DNA from: Hyaloraphidium curvatum SAG 235-1
Taxonomy: Eukaryota > Fungi > Monoblepharomycota
Reading direction: 5' to 3'
Assembly: GCA_025558095.1 (NCBI GenBank)
Contig: JAIVFI010000002.1
Coordinates: 310,001 to 374,000, forward strand
Length of the DNA: 64,000 bases
In this document: one piece after another, positions 40,427 through 50,527 of the stretch
How the letters are laid out: every line of letters starts with the position of its first letter
Position numbering within the stretch: position 1 is the first letter of the stretch
Notes under the pieces: generated by a model
What the model saw: the letters and a program-made list of their open reading frames with translations, nothing else
What the model was told of the DNA's origin: nothing
Database searches by the model: none
Translations under genes and position numbers: made by a program

Positions 40427-42151
40427 TTATAGGCGCCCGGTCGTTGTTGCTATGGTCGCTCGGCCCTCCATGCGGGCCCCCGCGTGCTCCCGCAGGATCC
40501 CCCGCTCCCTCCACCCGACCAGGCTCCGCGCCAGCGCCACCAGCTCCTCCTTCCTCGCGTCCGAAGCAAACGGGCACGCCCGCAGGAGCTGGTACAGGTC
40601 TACCGCGACGTTGCCCATCCACAGCGCGGGCGGCACGGGGAACGGCCCCGCAGCCGGGATAGGAATGGGCACTACATCGGGCAGTCCGACAGAGGACAGG
40701 TAGTCTCGGAACTTGAACCCGTCCCCACGGAGGCGGCGGCCCCCCGAGAAAGAGACCCAGGAGACGGGTATGCCGTAGGCGTGTGCAGCGATGAGGCCGT
40801 GCAAGGAGGAGGTGAGGAGATGCGAGCAGGTGTGCAGGGCATCTGGGAACGCTAGCGGTTCCGACTGGATGTCCAGTACGCGCACCGGCCAGCGCGCCCC
40901 GTCCGTGACGAAGTCGGGGAAGGGCTCAACGCGCTGCTCACGAAAATGCTGAACTAAGCACAGAAATGCAGGCCGGTGGTCCGGGCGATGGAAAAGCGGG
41001 AGGAGCAGTACTGGGTCGCCGTAGACGGTAACATTAATGCCGCCCTCGCGGCAGATGCGGCCGGCGGTCAGGGGCCCGCGGACCGCGTGCACTGCCCGGG
41101 GAGCGCGAAATGAGGTCGTGGAGGTCGAGTTGATAAAGCCATAGCCATAGACCTCGTCGCGCGGGCCGACGTCCTCGAGTCCACTGCCGATGAACCTGTA
41201 CACGGGGCCATCACGCGATGCGACGGGGTCCTTGTGATGCAGGGCGGGACGGTCCGAGAGCAGCGAAGCGAGCACAGGGTTCAGGCGGTCACCCCAGTTG
41301 AGGGCAACGCCCCCGGAGATGGGAAATGCGACGAGCACGGGTACGGCGGTTAGGACATAGTCCCGCGGCCGGTTTTTCCAAGGGGAGGGATCAGGCGCCG
41401 GCGGCAGCGCCACCTCGTCAGGGACCGCGAAAGGCCTCGTGCACATCGGGAAAGGCATGTACAGCGAGCCGTTGCCGGCGGTACGGGCGCGCTCGTGCCA
41501 ATCCTTCCAAGCGGCCCCGTATGCCGCTGCTACCAGTGCGGCGGCGGGGTGGGGCGGGGGCGGCGCGGCGCACTGGCGGCCGGGGAGCTCCAGAACGGCC
41601 CCGGGGCCAAAGGCCAGTGCGAGCCTGGCGACATATTCAGCGGCAGCGTCCGCTGGCGGTGCAACCGAGTCGAAGAAGCCCACGGCGTCGATGGCCTCGC
41701 GCCGCACCAGCACCGCGGCGGGGTCCGCACACTCCGGGGCCAGCGCGGCGACGGCGGCCGGGTGCGCGCTCAGGCCGTCCCACAGCGCCGCAGCGTTTGC
41801 TTCGGTGTGCGCGGCAAAGAGGTACGCGTCCGCCACGACCAGCTTCGCCGCGGCGTTCCAGAGCGCCGCGGGGGCGTCCCCGGGCGCGGCGCCGCACACG
41901 ACCAGGTCGGCCGCCGCACCGACGACGGCGTCGCACTCAGCGGCCGCCGCCACGCAGCGCGTGCCGCGCGGGCAGCCGCCCGCCGCCGCCGCCACTGCGA
42001 GCACGCCCGGCAGGCCGCTTCCCGCGGCGGGGGCGGGGCCGGAAGCGGGCACGCCGCGCACGCCGGAATCGCGGAACAGCGCGGCCGCCGCCGCAAGCAA
42101 TGCTGCCGCCGCTCCCGCGAGAAGCACGCGCAGCGCCCGGGCTTGCGCCAT
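40427..42151 (-). CDS. Pyruvyl transferase (ExoV-like) with N-terminal degenerate GT2-like region
   Basis: NWGDRLNP, IGSGL, AVRGPLT, YGDPVLLLP, TSSLHGLIAAHAYGIP, FKFRDY; upstream LVRREAIDAVGFFD. Confidence 0.85.
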   Translation of the reverse strand: MAQARALRVLLAGAAAALLAAAAALFRDSGVRGVPASGPAPAAGSGLPGVLAVAAAAGGCPRGTRCVAAAAECDAVVGAAADLVVCGAAPGDAPAALWNAAAKLVVADAYLFAAHTEANAAALWDGLSAHPAAVAALAPECADPAAVLVRREAIDAVGFFDSVAPPADAAAEYVARLALAFGPGAVLELPGRQCAAPPPPHPAAALVAAAYGAAWKDWHERARTAGNGSLYMPFPMCTRPFAVPDEVALPPAPDPSPWKNRPRDYVLTAVPVLVAFPISGGVALNWGDRLNPVLASLLSDRPALHHKDPVASRDGPVYRFIGSGLEDVGPRDEVYGYGFINSTSTTSFRAPRAVHAVRGPLTAGRICREGGINVTVYGDPVLLLPLFHRPDHRPAFLCLVQHFREQRVEPFPDFVTDGARWPVRVLDIQSEPLAFPDALHTCSHLLTSSLHGLIAAHAYGIPVSWVSFSGGRRLRGDGFKFRDYLSSVGLPDVVPIPIPAAGPFPVPPALWMGNVAVDLYQLLRACPFASDARKEELVALARSLVGWRERGILREHAGARMEGRATIATTTGRL

Positions 42152-42669
42152 CGGCTGCAATCCATGAACACTCGTCCGAGCTAGACACGCTTCGATTGGG
42201 ACGCACCCACGAACCGCCGACGCTGTCTGACAGAAGTCGACATTGTCTGTTTCCCCCGAGGCATCCAACACGCCGCCTGCCGAAGTCGTGGCCATTCATT
42301 GCATGCAAGCCAAATTTGTCTCCGAAAGCCGCGGAGAGGAACGCAGCAGATGTGGATCGAGAGGCCGGTAGCACAATCGATCCTCCCCATCCAGAACCGA
42401 CTGATTCTCTGGCATTCAGCTTGCCGCCGTCCTATAGCCGACTTAGTCTGGTTCAGAGCGCATTCTAGTCGCAGCTTAGCTGCTCCGGAAGGTGTGAGCT
42501 CTTCCGCGGTGAGTCAGCCGCCGCAGCGGGGAAACACACCCGGGAGGCAGCAAGGCGGTCGCTACTTATGGTAGACCGAGTGCCGTCATGCGGCAGAATC
42601 CAGTCCGTGCTACAGAAGGTGCGGCAGCAGACACGAAGTGATCGGGAGCCATCGGGAGTGAACGTAGGA

Positions 42670-43884
42670 ATGCGCGCTATTGCCGCAGGCATCGCGCTTG
42701 CGGCCCTCCTGAGCGCCGGGCGCGCGTACGCCATGCGACAGCCTTTTGCATGGGTGCACGTCCCGGCGGCGGGCGCGGCCGCGGACGGCGAGGACGTCGA
42801 GGACGCGCGGGGCGGCGCGCTTTCGGCGCTGCTGCTCCCGACACGTTCGGAGCTGCGTGCGGCATCGCGGCTGCGCGACCGTGCGGAACGGGGCCGATCG
42901 CCGCTGTTGGCCGCGGCCGCCGCGCTGCCGGGCGGAATGCTGGCGCTGGCCCCCGCCGACGCGCCTCCCGGGTTCCCCCTGGGATGTGCCTCGGTGCGAG
43001 CCCTGGCCGACGTGGTCGGCCAGTTCTCCTCTCGCATTATTGCTCCGGACGCGTTTTTTCTGCTTGCCGCGGACCCCGACCTTGCGGACCTCGCCGTGCG
43101 GTTCGCGTTGGCAGCTGCTGCCAGGGGCCCGTGCCCCGCGATCCGCGCGCCCGCTGTCCCGCAGCTGCTGCTCCTGCCGCCACCGTCGTCGGCGCTGTTG
43201 CCCGTGCCGCGCTTCGCATTTCCCGGCGCGCTCGAAACCGGCAACGCAGAGACGGGCTACAAGCTCCAGAGGGCGACGAATTGGGCCGTCTGCTCGCGGC
43301 ACGTCCGCCACGCGGTCCTGGAGCTCTGGGACCTAGCTCTGTGGTTCTCAGACCGCGGGGCCGCCAACGAGGAAATGGCTGTGGCTGGCGTGGCTTCGCA
43401 AGACGGCTGCCTGGACCCCGTGCGGGCCGCCGCCGAGATCGGTGAGCGTGGCCTGCTGCGGCCCCTGTTCCCCGTGCTCGGTACAGCTGCCGACAAACGC
43501 GCCGGAATGTGGCCGCGGCTGGCATCGTGTCTGCGCCGGGACAGGTCCGCCGAGCAGCTGCGCGAGCTGTTGGAGACGCCCGGAGCCCGTGCCGTCATCG
43601 TGGACCCGGAACCGCCCCTCTTCTGCAATTTTTACATCGGCCAGATGGGCCACGACGGCCTTTGGTCGCTGCCATTCCCAGCCGAGCGCGGGTCCGACCT
43701 GCACCCGGCGGAGCTATGGTCACCAGGCGGCTACCACGTCGGGACGTTGCTCTCCCCCGGACCGCAGGCTCAGATCGTCTGGGCGCTCCCGGACCCGCGG
43801 CCCTGGACTGGCTACGGCGGGATGGGGGACCCAGACGAGTGGGCGGACGAGGTCTGGTGGGCAGTAGCGAGGTTGTTCCAATAG
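42670..43884 (+). CDS. Hypothetical secretory-pathway protein
   Basis: Hydrophobic N-terminus and a long intronless ORF in the island's style. No family recognised. Confidence 0.55.
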   Translation: MRAIAAGIALAALLSAGRAYAMRQPFAWVHVPAAGAAADGEDVEDARGGALSALLLPTRSELRAASRLRDRAERGRSPLLAAAAALPGGMLALAPADAPPGFPLGCASVRALADVVGQFSSRIIAPDAFFLLAADPDLADLAVRFALAAAARGPCPAIRAPAVPQLLLLPPPSSALLPVPRFAFPGALETGNAETGYKLQRATNWAVCSRHVRHAVLELWDLALWFSDRGAANEEMAVAGVASQDGCLDPVRAAAEIGERGLLRPLFPVLGTAADKRAGMWPRLASCLRRDRSAEQLRELLETPGARAVIVDPEPPLFCNFYIGQMGHDGLWSLPFPAERGSDLHPAELWSPGGYHVGTLLSPGPQAQIVWALPDPRPWTGYGGMGDPDEWADEVWWAVARLFQ

Positions 43885-44056
43885 CGGTACTGGCAGGTAC
43901 ATGGAATGGCAAAAGGGGGGTTAGAATGACTGAGTTCTGGTACTCCGCCGGCCGGCCGGCAGAAGGGTATAGTCCACGTTCGAGAAATGACGGTGCTTTT
44001 CGCCGTCCCGTCCCCTTTCCGAGGAAGCGTCCGCTCTTTGCTCAGCGGGCCGGCCG

Positions 44057-44312
44057 TCACTCCAAGTCCACTTCCATTTCGCCGCCCTCCCCCTCGGCCC
44101 GCGTGCGCTTGCGCGGCAGCTCCGACAGCCCCTGCGCGCCGCGCTTCTTCCCGTTCGGAGCGCACGCGTCTTGCGCGGGGGGGGGAGCCCGTTGTCCGTC
44201 GTCAAGTTGCTCGCCCGTGCTCATGAGGCGTTTGTACGCCGAACGCTCCTCGGCTGCGCCGACGGGCGCATAGTTCGGCAGCACGAAGGGCGACGCGAGG
44301 AAGGAGGCCATG
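44057..44312 (-). CDS. Small hypothetical protein
   Basis: MASFLASPFVLPNY... with a basic NLS-like segment and an acidic end. Confidence 0.35.
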
Positions 44313-45686
44313 GCGAAATGGGCGAGAAAGAAGGGCGAGAAGGCGAGCGGAACGGTTCGGGGCGAAGAAGGCAAAACCCCTCTAAGCGCCGCCAACTACA
44401 AACTTGTCCCGTCAAACTTCAGAGTGCACGCAAAGAAAGCTTCGCGCTTCGCGCACAAAGAGGCCCCCTCCTTCACAGCGATCCGAGTCCCCGCCGAGGT
44501 GACCTACCGTACCGTGTTTCCAGAGGGTGGGGGTGCCCAAGCCGTCGAGCGTCACGAGCGCCTCGTGGTTGGCGAGACACTCGGTGCACCCCGTCGACGG
44601 AGAATCAATTCTCACCTTTGATTGAGAGGTCGTTGGAGGTTGCCGCGTCCGGTACGCCGGTCGAATTGGCCGAGGTGAAGCGGAGGCGGGCGGTTCGGTC
44701 GGGTGAGCGATCAACGTCTACGGGGAGCACCACAAGGGTCAGTCGACGGGGTGCCCTTGTGTCCGCGGCTTGAACAGGCAAGGCAGGAGGAGCGCAAGAG
44801 CGTGGGCGTTGTTTGGATTCGGCCGAACTAACAGCCATCACGATCGCAGGACGCTGACCACACAGCAACACCATCTACGTCAGGAAGACGATAGAGGCAG
44901 CGAGTTACGTACAGGATCATGATCAGGTCAAGGGCTATTAGAAGCGTAGGGAGGGAACGGCTCCACCGCATGCCCAGCCCGTCGATGGCCGCTTGGCAAA
45001 CGATGTATGAGACAGAGAAGAGAATAGAAGAGGTTATTAGCAAGCAGAGTACATGGATCGAGCGGATAACTAGGGCTCGAGATAACAGTTGATGAGGATA
45101 GCGAGAAGAGCTCGGGGACCGTGCCCAAATACAAAACCGACTACCGAAACGCGACGGTTCTGCTCTTCTGCTCTTCAGGTTGTAAAGAGGAGCTAGCCAT
45201 CCAGGCGTACAGAACGCGTCAAGCGGATTAACTGATGACTGATCACAGAGGCAGACCTCGATGGAGAGGATCGGCCAGAATGAGAAGGCGCAGTGCGACA
45301 ATGGACGCTGGATGCTACGAGCAAAGGCGGCTTGCTTCCAGGCCGATTGACAGCCCGAATATGCAACTGCGAAAGTACCCTTGTCGATCTTTCACTGCGA
45401 AGCAGCTATATAGAGGTGTTTTCAAAACAACTGGGACTCAAGTTCTATATCACTACCTAAAGCGAATACCCTTCACGTCTCTATCTCCACCACAGGCTAA
45501 ACAACAACTACCAAATTGCCGAGCTGGAAGCGCACGTCGATCGTCAGCGTCGTCAGCCCGGTGGTCATGGGGAAGGCGGTTCCGGAATTCTGGCCGATGA
45601 AGTCGATGATCAGAGGCTTGATCCTCAGGTACCGAAAGTGCATCAGAATGGGTATTGCGTCGATATTTTGAACCGTCCTGGTCGAG

Positions 45687-46301
45687 CTATGAAGTCAGTA
45701 GTAGAGGTCTCGATCGATGATTGCTTACGCACTGCCATAGGGCGGGTCCGTTGAAGACGTTCTGGCAGAAGACCTTGATGACCGCCTGTGCAGGTGGAAA
45801 CCCGGGCGTGCCTTGATGTCCAGGTATGAGCAGTATGGCAAGGATGTGGGGCGCCAGTCCGTTCATGATGGCATTGCCAAGCGCCCGGAACTCGCTGGTG
45901 ACCATGTTGGATGTATCACCGTTGGCGATCTGGAAGTAACGTCCGATGGATCCCGATTGCATTCCATGGTTCATCCCCATGTTGATCGCATTCATTTTCT
46001 TAACTGCCGGACCGACGGGCTGCGCCATCAGGATGTTTCCATGGAGCACCCTATTCATTGCGTGCAACGGGAACCAGGGAGGCATTGGCAGCCACCAAAA
46101 AGGGTTGTATGCTGGATTGAAGACCGCCAGAGAAGGTATGAGGGCCCACTGCAAGGGGCCGAAGACGCCAAAGTTTTGAAGAAAGTTGTGCACAGTCCCG
46201 TGAACGGTGGGATCGTAGACCAGGGCGCCCCAACGCACCCGAATGAAGTGGTCTATGGAAAGAAAATCCCGAGGACCGGCCAATGCCAGGGGAAAAGCCA
46301 T
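45687..46301 (-). CDS. Orphan ORF divergent from Fanzor
   Basis: 204-aa ATG ORF in lower-GC DNA, rich in N/M/P/F/W, unlike the GC-shadow ORFs. Confidence 0.45.
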   Translation of the reverse strand: MAFPLALAGPRDFLSIDHFIRVRWGALVYDPTVHGTVHNFLQNFGVFGPLQWALIPSLAVFNPAYNPFWWLPMPPWFPLHAMNRVLHGNILMAQPVGPAVKKMNAINMGMNHGMQSGSIGRYFQIANGDTSNMVTSEFRALGNAIMNGLAPHILAILLIPGHQGTPGFPPAQAVIKVFCQNVFNGPALWQCVSNHRSRPLLLTS

Positions 46302-46795
46302 GTGCCGGCCTCAAGAAACCGGGGTTGCAGAGGATTGACGGGATTCGCGCGGGGATGATCCGTGTTCGAGCCGGGTGAGCCGAACCCCGGTCAGCAGCAA
46401 CCTCATTCACACAATTCCTGCAGTTCGTTGGTGAGCTCGACTCGGGATTGCCTCCGACGTAGTCGCTGACCTTCTTTCTTTCAGACGTCGGTAGTTTTGC
46501 GCCCCGCTTCGCTCTCCGCCGGCATGGCATTCGGGTGCCGAGTCCGAGTCCGCCTCGCCGGCCGCAAGGCCATCTACTGCACCAGCCGGTTCTAGGTGGG
46601 CCGCAAGTACACGGCGCGCTAAGTGCGCGATTCTGACCTCGCACTCGTTCCTTCTACACCTCCTCCAGGGCGCTGGTGACCAGAGCCGCCATTGCCTCGA
46701 CCTCGACCCCTGCCCAAGTCACCGAATCGAGGTCCGTTCCCTCGACCGTCGACGTGTATCGGTCGAGCTCTAACATTGTTTGCAACAGCAGTGAC

Positions 46796-49700
46796 ATGGG
46801 GTCGAAACGAGGTCGAACATCGGACAAGGGGTCGGACAGCGACGAGCCCGGCGAAGGGTCTTCGGCACACCCACCTGCTCCCCGGAAGCGCGCCAACCAA
46901 ACCGGCGAGTCCGAGGTCGTCGATGCTGCAGCTCAGCTTCCCGTGGCCGTGGCCGTGCCGCCCAACTCCGAGTCCGACGACACGGAGCTCGCATCGTCGC
47001 TGGTGGCCGCCGTGTCGCAGAATGACACCGAGTCGGATGACTCCCGGCCCAAGGAGGCGATTCCCCAGAAGCGGCCCCGCAAGGACGGCGACAAGGGCAA
47101 GGAGCAGGCCGAACCCGTCCCCTCGTCTCCGAAAGGCCCCGAGCCCAAGAAGGCGAAGAAGAAGGGCTACGATGCCGCCGCCGCCGCTGCCCTGGCTGCC
47201 CTGGCGCCCGAACATTCTGCCCACCTCGAGCAGGCCAACGTGCTCACCGGTTGCCCCGCCCTGCTTTGCGGAAACACTGATCATTGGGATGCCGGTCACG
47301 GCGACGGGAGCGGCTGCCAGTTGTTTCCCTGCGGGAGCCTCTACCACAACACCAAGGAACATCTGAAGCGGCCCGATCCCCGCATGCCTTTCATGTGCCC
47401 GCACTGCGACCCGCTCAACACGCTCGACCACGACGAAGGTTTCCACTCGGTCTGCGGCACGTGTGGCGAGCGTGACCATGGCGACATCGCCCACGCGCAC
47501 CCTTGCGAGTGTGTACCGGGAGGATCTGGGCGTCGCGTTCAAAGGAGGAACTGTGGGAGATGGTCGCAAATGGCTTCCTGTCCGAGAACGTGCTGTACTC
47601 GTGGTTCGCCCTGATCTCGTACGAGGACCACGTGCTCGAGCACAAGCATACCTTCGTTTCCGTGGAGGAGCCCAACGGTTGCCGGCCTTTCCTCGTTCAC
47701 TGCGGCTCGCTGGGCCACACGCGCGCGGCGCACGGCGGGGTAGAGCCTCTGTACTGTTCGCAGTGCGGATCGTTTGAGCACCGGGCTAAGGAGCACGTGC
47801 ACTACTTGTCTGCGTGCCACACGAGCGCCAACGGCTGCGGACAAAGGGGTCACTCGAAGGTTACCGCCGGGGCCTGCGTGTTCAACATCAACGATCTGAA
47901 GAAGCTCACGCCCAAGGAGGCGCTGGACGAGCTCATGGGCCCGCAGTCTGCCCAGAGGACCGTTGTTATGGCGTTCCAAAAGTTCTTGAGGTATGGGGAC
48001 CGGACGGCGCGGGAACCCGCGAGCCCAGAGGAGGAACTAGCTGCCACGCTCTACGAGGTCATCGAGGATGCCATCGGGCGGTTCACGAAGCTTTCGTTCG
48101 AGATGTCTCTGTTCATGGACCTCTTCTTCAAGTACGTGCGCGACTTGCGGCTACTGGGAGGGGACCTTCGGTACCCTCACCTGGACATGAGCCTCGGCCT
48201 GAACGCCTTCTTCGCCGTGGCGGCGCCACTCGACGGCGACGAAGACCACGCCGATACTCTGGTGCCGCTTCTGAACACGTTCCGCGACACGGAATGGCTG
48301 GGCTGCGTCAAACGAGCTGCTCGTCATGGTTACAAGCGGACCTCACGGATTGGCCTCGGCCAGATCATGCGGACCGCTTCGCAAGGCTACGTGACGGCTG
48401 CCATGAACTCGGTGAAGGAAAACCTGCACGATCGGGTGCGCGCGTGGACGATCTGCAGGATTCGCATCCGGCTGCACAAGCACGGTCGTTTTGGCCCCCA
48501 GCAACCAAACCAGGGCCGTACGCTCACCAAGGGTGAAACCACGGCCATCGCGACCCACTTTGTCAACAGCCTGAAGTTCTGGGATCCGAGGGAGCACCCC
48601 GCCAACACGAACCGACCCTTCACGCTGCCTAACAACGAGCTCTACGACAAGGTCACGACCGATCCGCTGCTCCTGGAGATCTGCCGCGACGTCTACACCG
48701 AACTGCGCGACGACCTGCTCAAGGGTCTCTACCTCAACGCCTACTGGGTAGCGTACCACTGGCAGAGGTTCTTCGACGTCCTGTTCCGCATCCAGCGGGA
48801 GCACGAGGATCTGCGCAAGAAGCTGGTGCAGTGGACGGAGAACTTGAGCGAGAGCGAGAGGAAGTTCGCTCTCCGCAACTTTCCCTACAATCACAAGCTC
48901 GTGAAGCCCTTCAACGTCCTCCCGCGCTTCTCGACCGAAGCCAAGCACATCCTCATCGACCGCATCGCTCTTCACCAGCTCCTCCAGGTGGCGCAGCGGC
49001 GGCTCGGCCAGGAGCCCACCTCGCTGGCCGACTATCTCGCCGCGGAAGCCGAGGATCCGAAGCACTGGTGGCGTATGTTCTTCCGGCCGGAGAAGGTCAA
49101 CACCGGCGGCGCCGAGAATCCATCGAGGCACTTCGACTACTCCTTCTCCACCGATGCCGTGAAGGCCTCGATCACGGTTCGCGTGCGGAAGCCGTCGGAG
49201 GAGCAGCCCGGCACGTCGTTCTCCGACATCAAGATCCCCGGCATGTCCGTTGCCGGGCTCGACCCCGGCAGCACAGCCATCCTCACGGTTTCGACGGGCC
49301 TCTCGACGCCGGGGGACGACAAGCACCATGGCCACAGCAAAGCCGTCAGCGTCTCCGCGGGCGAGTACTACCACCTCGCCCGGTACAAGAACAACACGTG
49401 GAAAGCAAACCAGCGCAAGAAGCGGCACCCGTCCATCCTTGAGATCGAGCGCGACACGCCCGTGGCCAAGGCCTCCACCGTCGCGGACACCAAGCTGTAC
49501 ATCCACCACTGTCTCAAGCACCTCTCCACGATCGTCGGCTTCTACGGGACAAAGGTCCACCGGCGGTCTCGGTTCGACCGGTACATCGGCAAGCACACCG
49601 CGCAGGAAGCCGTTGCCGAGAAGGTCATCAAGGGCTGCGGCGTCGAAGCGGAGCGCCTTATACTTGCGTTCGGCAAGGCCAGGTTCCGTCACAACATGCG

Positions 49701-50105
49701 CGGCGGCGTAACGACTCCAGGGTCGGCACTGGCGTGGCTGAAGCGCATCCTGCGCCGCCGCGGCGTCACGGTCACCGAGGACGTGGAGGAAGACATGACG
49801 TCGCAGATCTGCGCGGCGTGCTGGGAAAAGGTCGGCAAACAACACCCGAAGAACGGGCACTACCAGATCAAGGATTGCAGAAATCCGGATTGTATGATCA
49901 AGTGCTGGAATCGGTTCGTTGCCTTGGGTTCTCGTCACGCAGCTCCTGACACTTCGGCCGCAGGGACGTCATGGCTGCCACCAACATCCGCACCATTGCC
50001 TTGTCGGAGATCCTCCACGGAGGCAGGCCTCCCGTGTTCTACTCGACGCGGAGGGCCAACTTCGAGGGACGCGATCCGGCGAGCGCGGGTGTCATCGTCA
50101 ACTAG
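46796..50105 (+). CDS. Fz1: Fanzor1 (eukaryotic TnpB/OMEGA RNA-guided endonuclease) with zinc-knuckle-rich N-terminus
   Basis: FNVLP..HILID..L, FSTDAV, RuvC-I GLDPG (D at 49261), LAFG, rearranged RuvC-II ExxTSQIC (E at 49789), CAAC..CRNPDC. Splicing intron 49914-49963 gives RuvC-III WNRDVMAATNI. Frame change at about 47506; internal ATG at 47560. Confidence 0.92.
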
Positions 50106-50410
50106 GGTCTTTTGGCCCTCCAACGACTCCTGCGTGTGTGACGATCCCGCTCAACGGTCAACTCTTGCGATCTTGAGTTCGCTCTCGAAAGCAAGGGTCG
50201 TGGCCGATCCGATCCCGACTGAGCTATGCAATGATGTTTTGATCGGGCGGGGCATCTATCCGCGGGCTCGGTCCGGGCGATCAGTGATACGGAGAAGACC
50301 CCGGCGGGTGGGAGCAGGAACCAAAACAATGGAGGTAGGGTTCATTGCTCCGGAGTCGGCGTAACCAATCGCCGTAGTACGAGCAGGATGCCGGGAAGTA
50401 TTGTGGTTGG
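50104..50410 (+). ncRNA. Candidate omegaRNA region of the Fanzor locus (boundaries unknown)
   Basis: Lies directly 3' of the Fanzor stop. Stems: AGGGTC/GGCCCT, AACTC/GAGTT, nested TGCTC..CGGCG/CGCCG..GAGCA, and GGCATC/GATGCC. Confidence 0.45.
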
Positions 50411-50527
50411 CTTAGTTGGTTTCTTTGAGGCTCCCGTTCATTCTGTAAACGGTACTAGTAAAAGCCGATGGTGTACACAATACCAATAATCGACCGGGAA
50501 CCGTTCTATCCTCACCCGGCACCCGGC

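Noticed and set aside
49914-50364. C-terminal 150 aa of the 953-aa ORF as part of Fanzor
   Set aside because: This is read-through of the intron; the spliced frame restores the NRD motif and stops at 50105.
46300-50450. Terminal inverted repeats/TSD for the Fanzor element
   Set aside because: No convincing matching ends found by eye.
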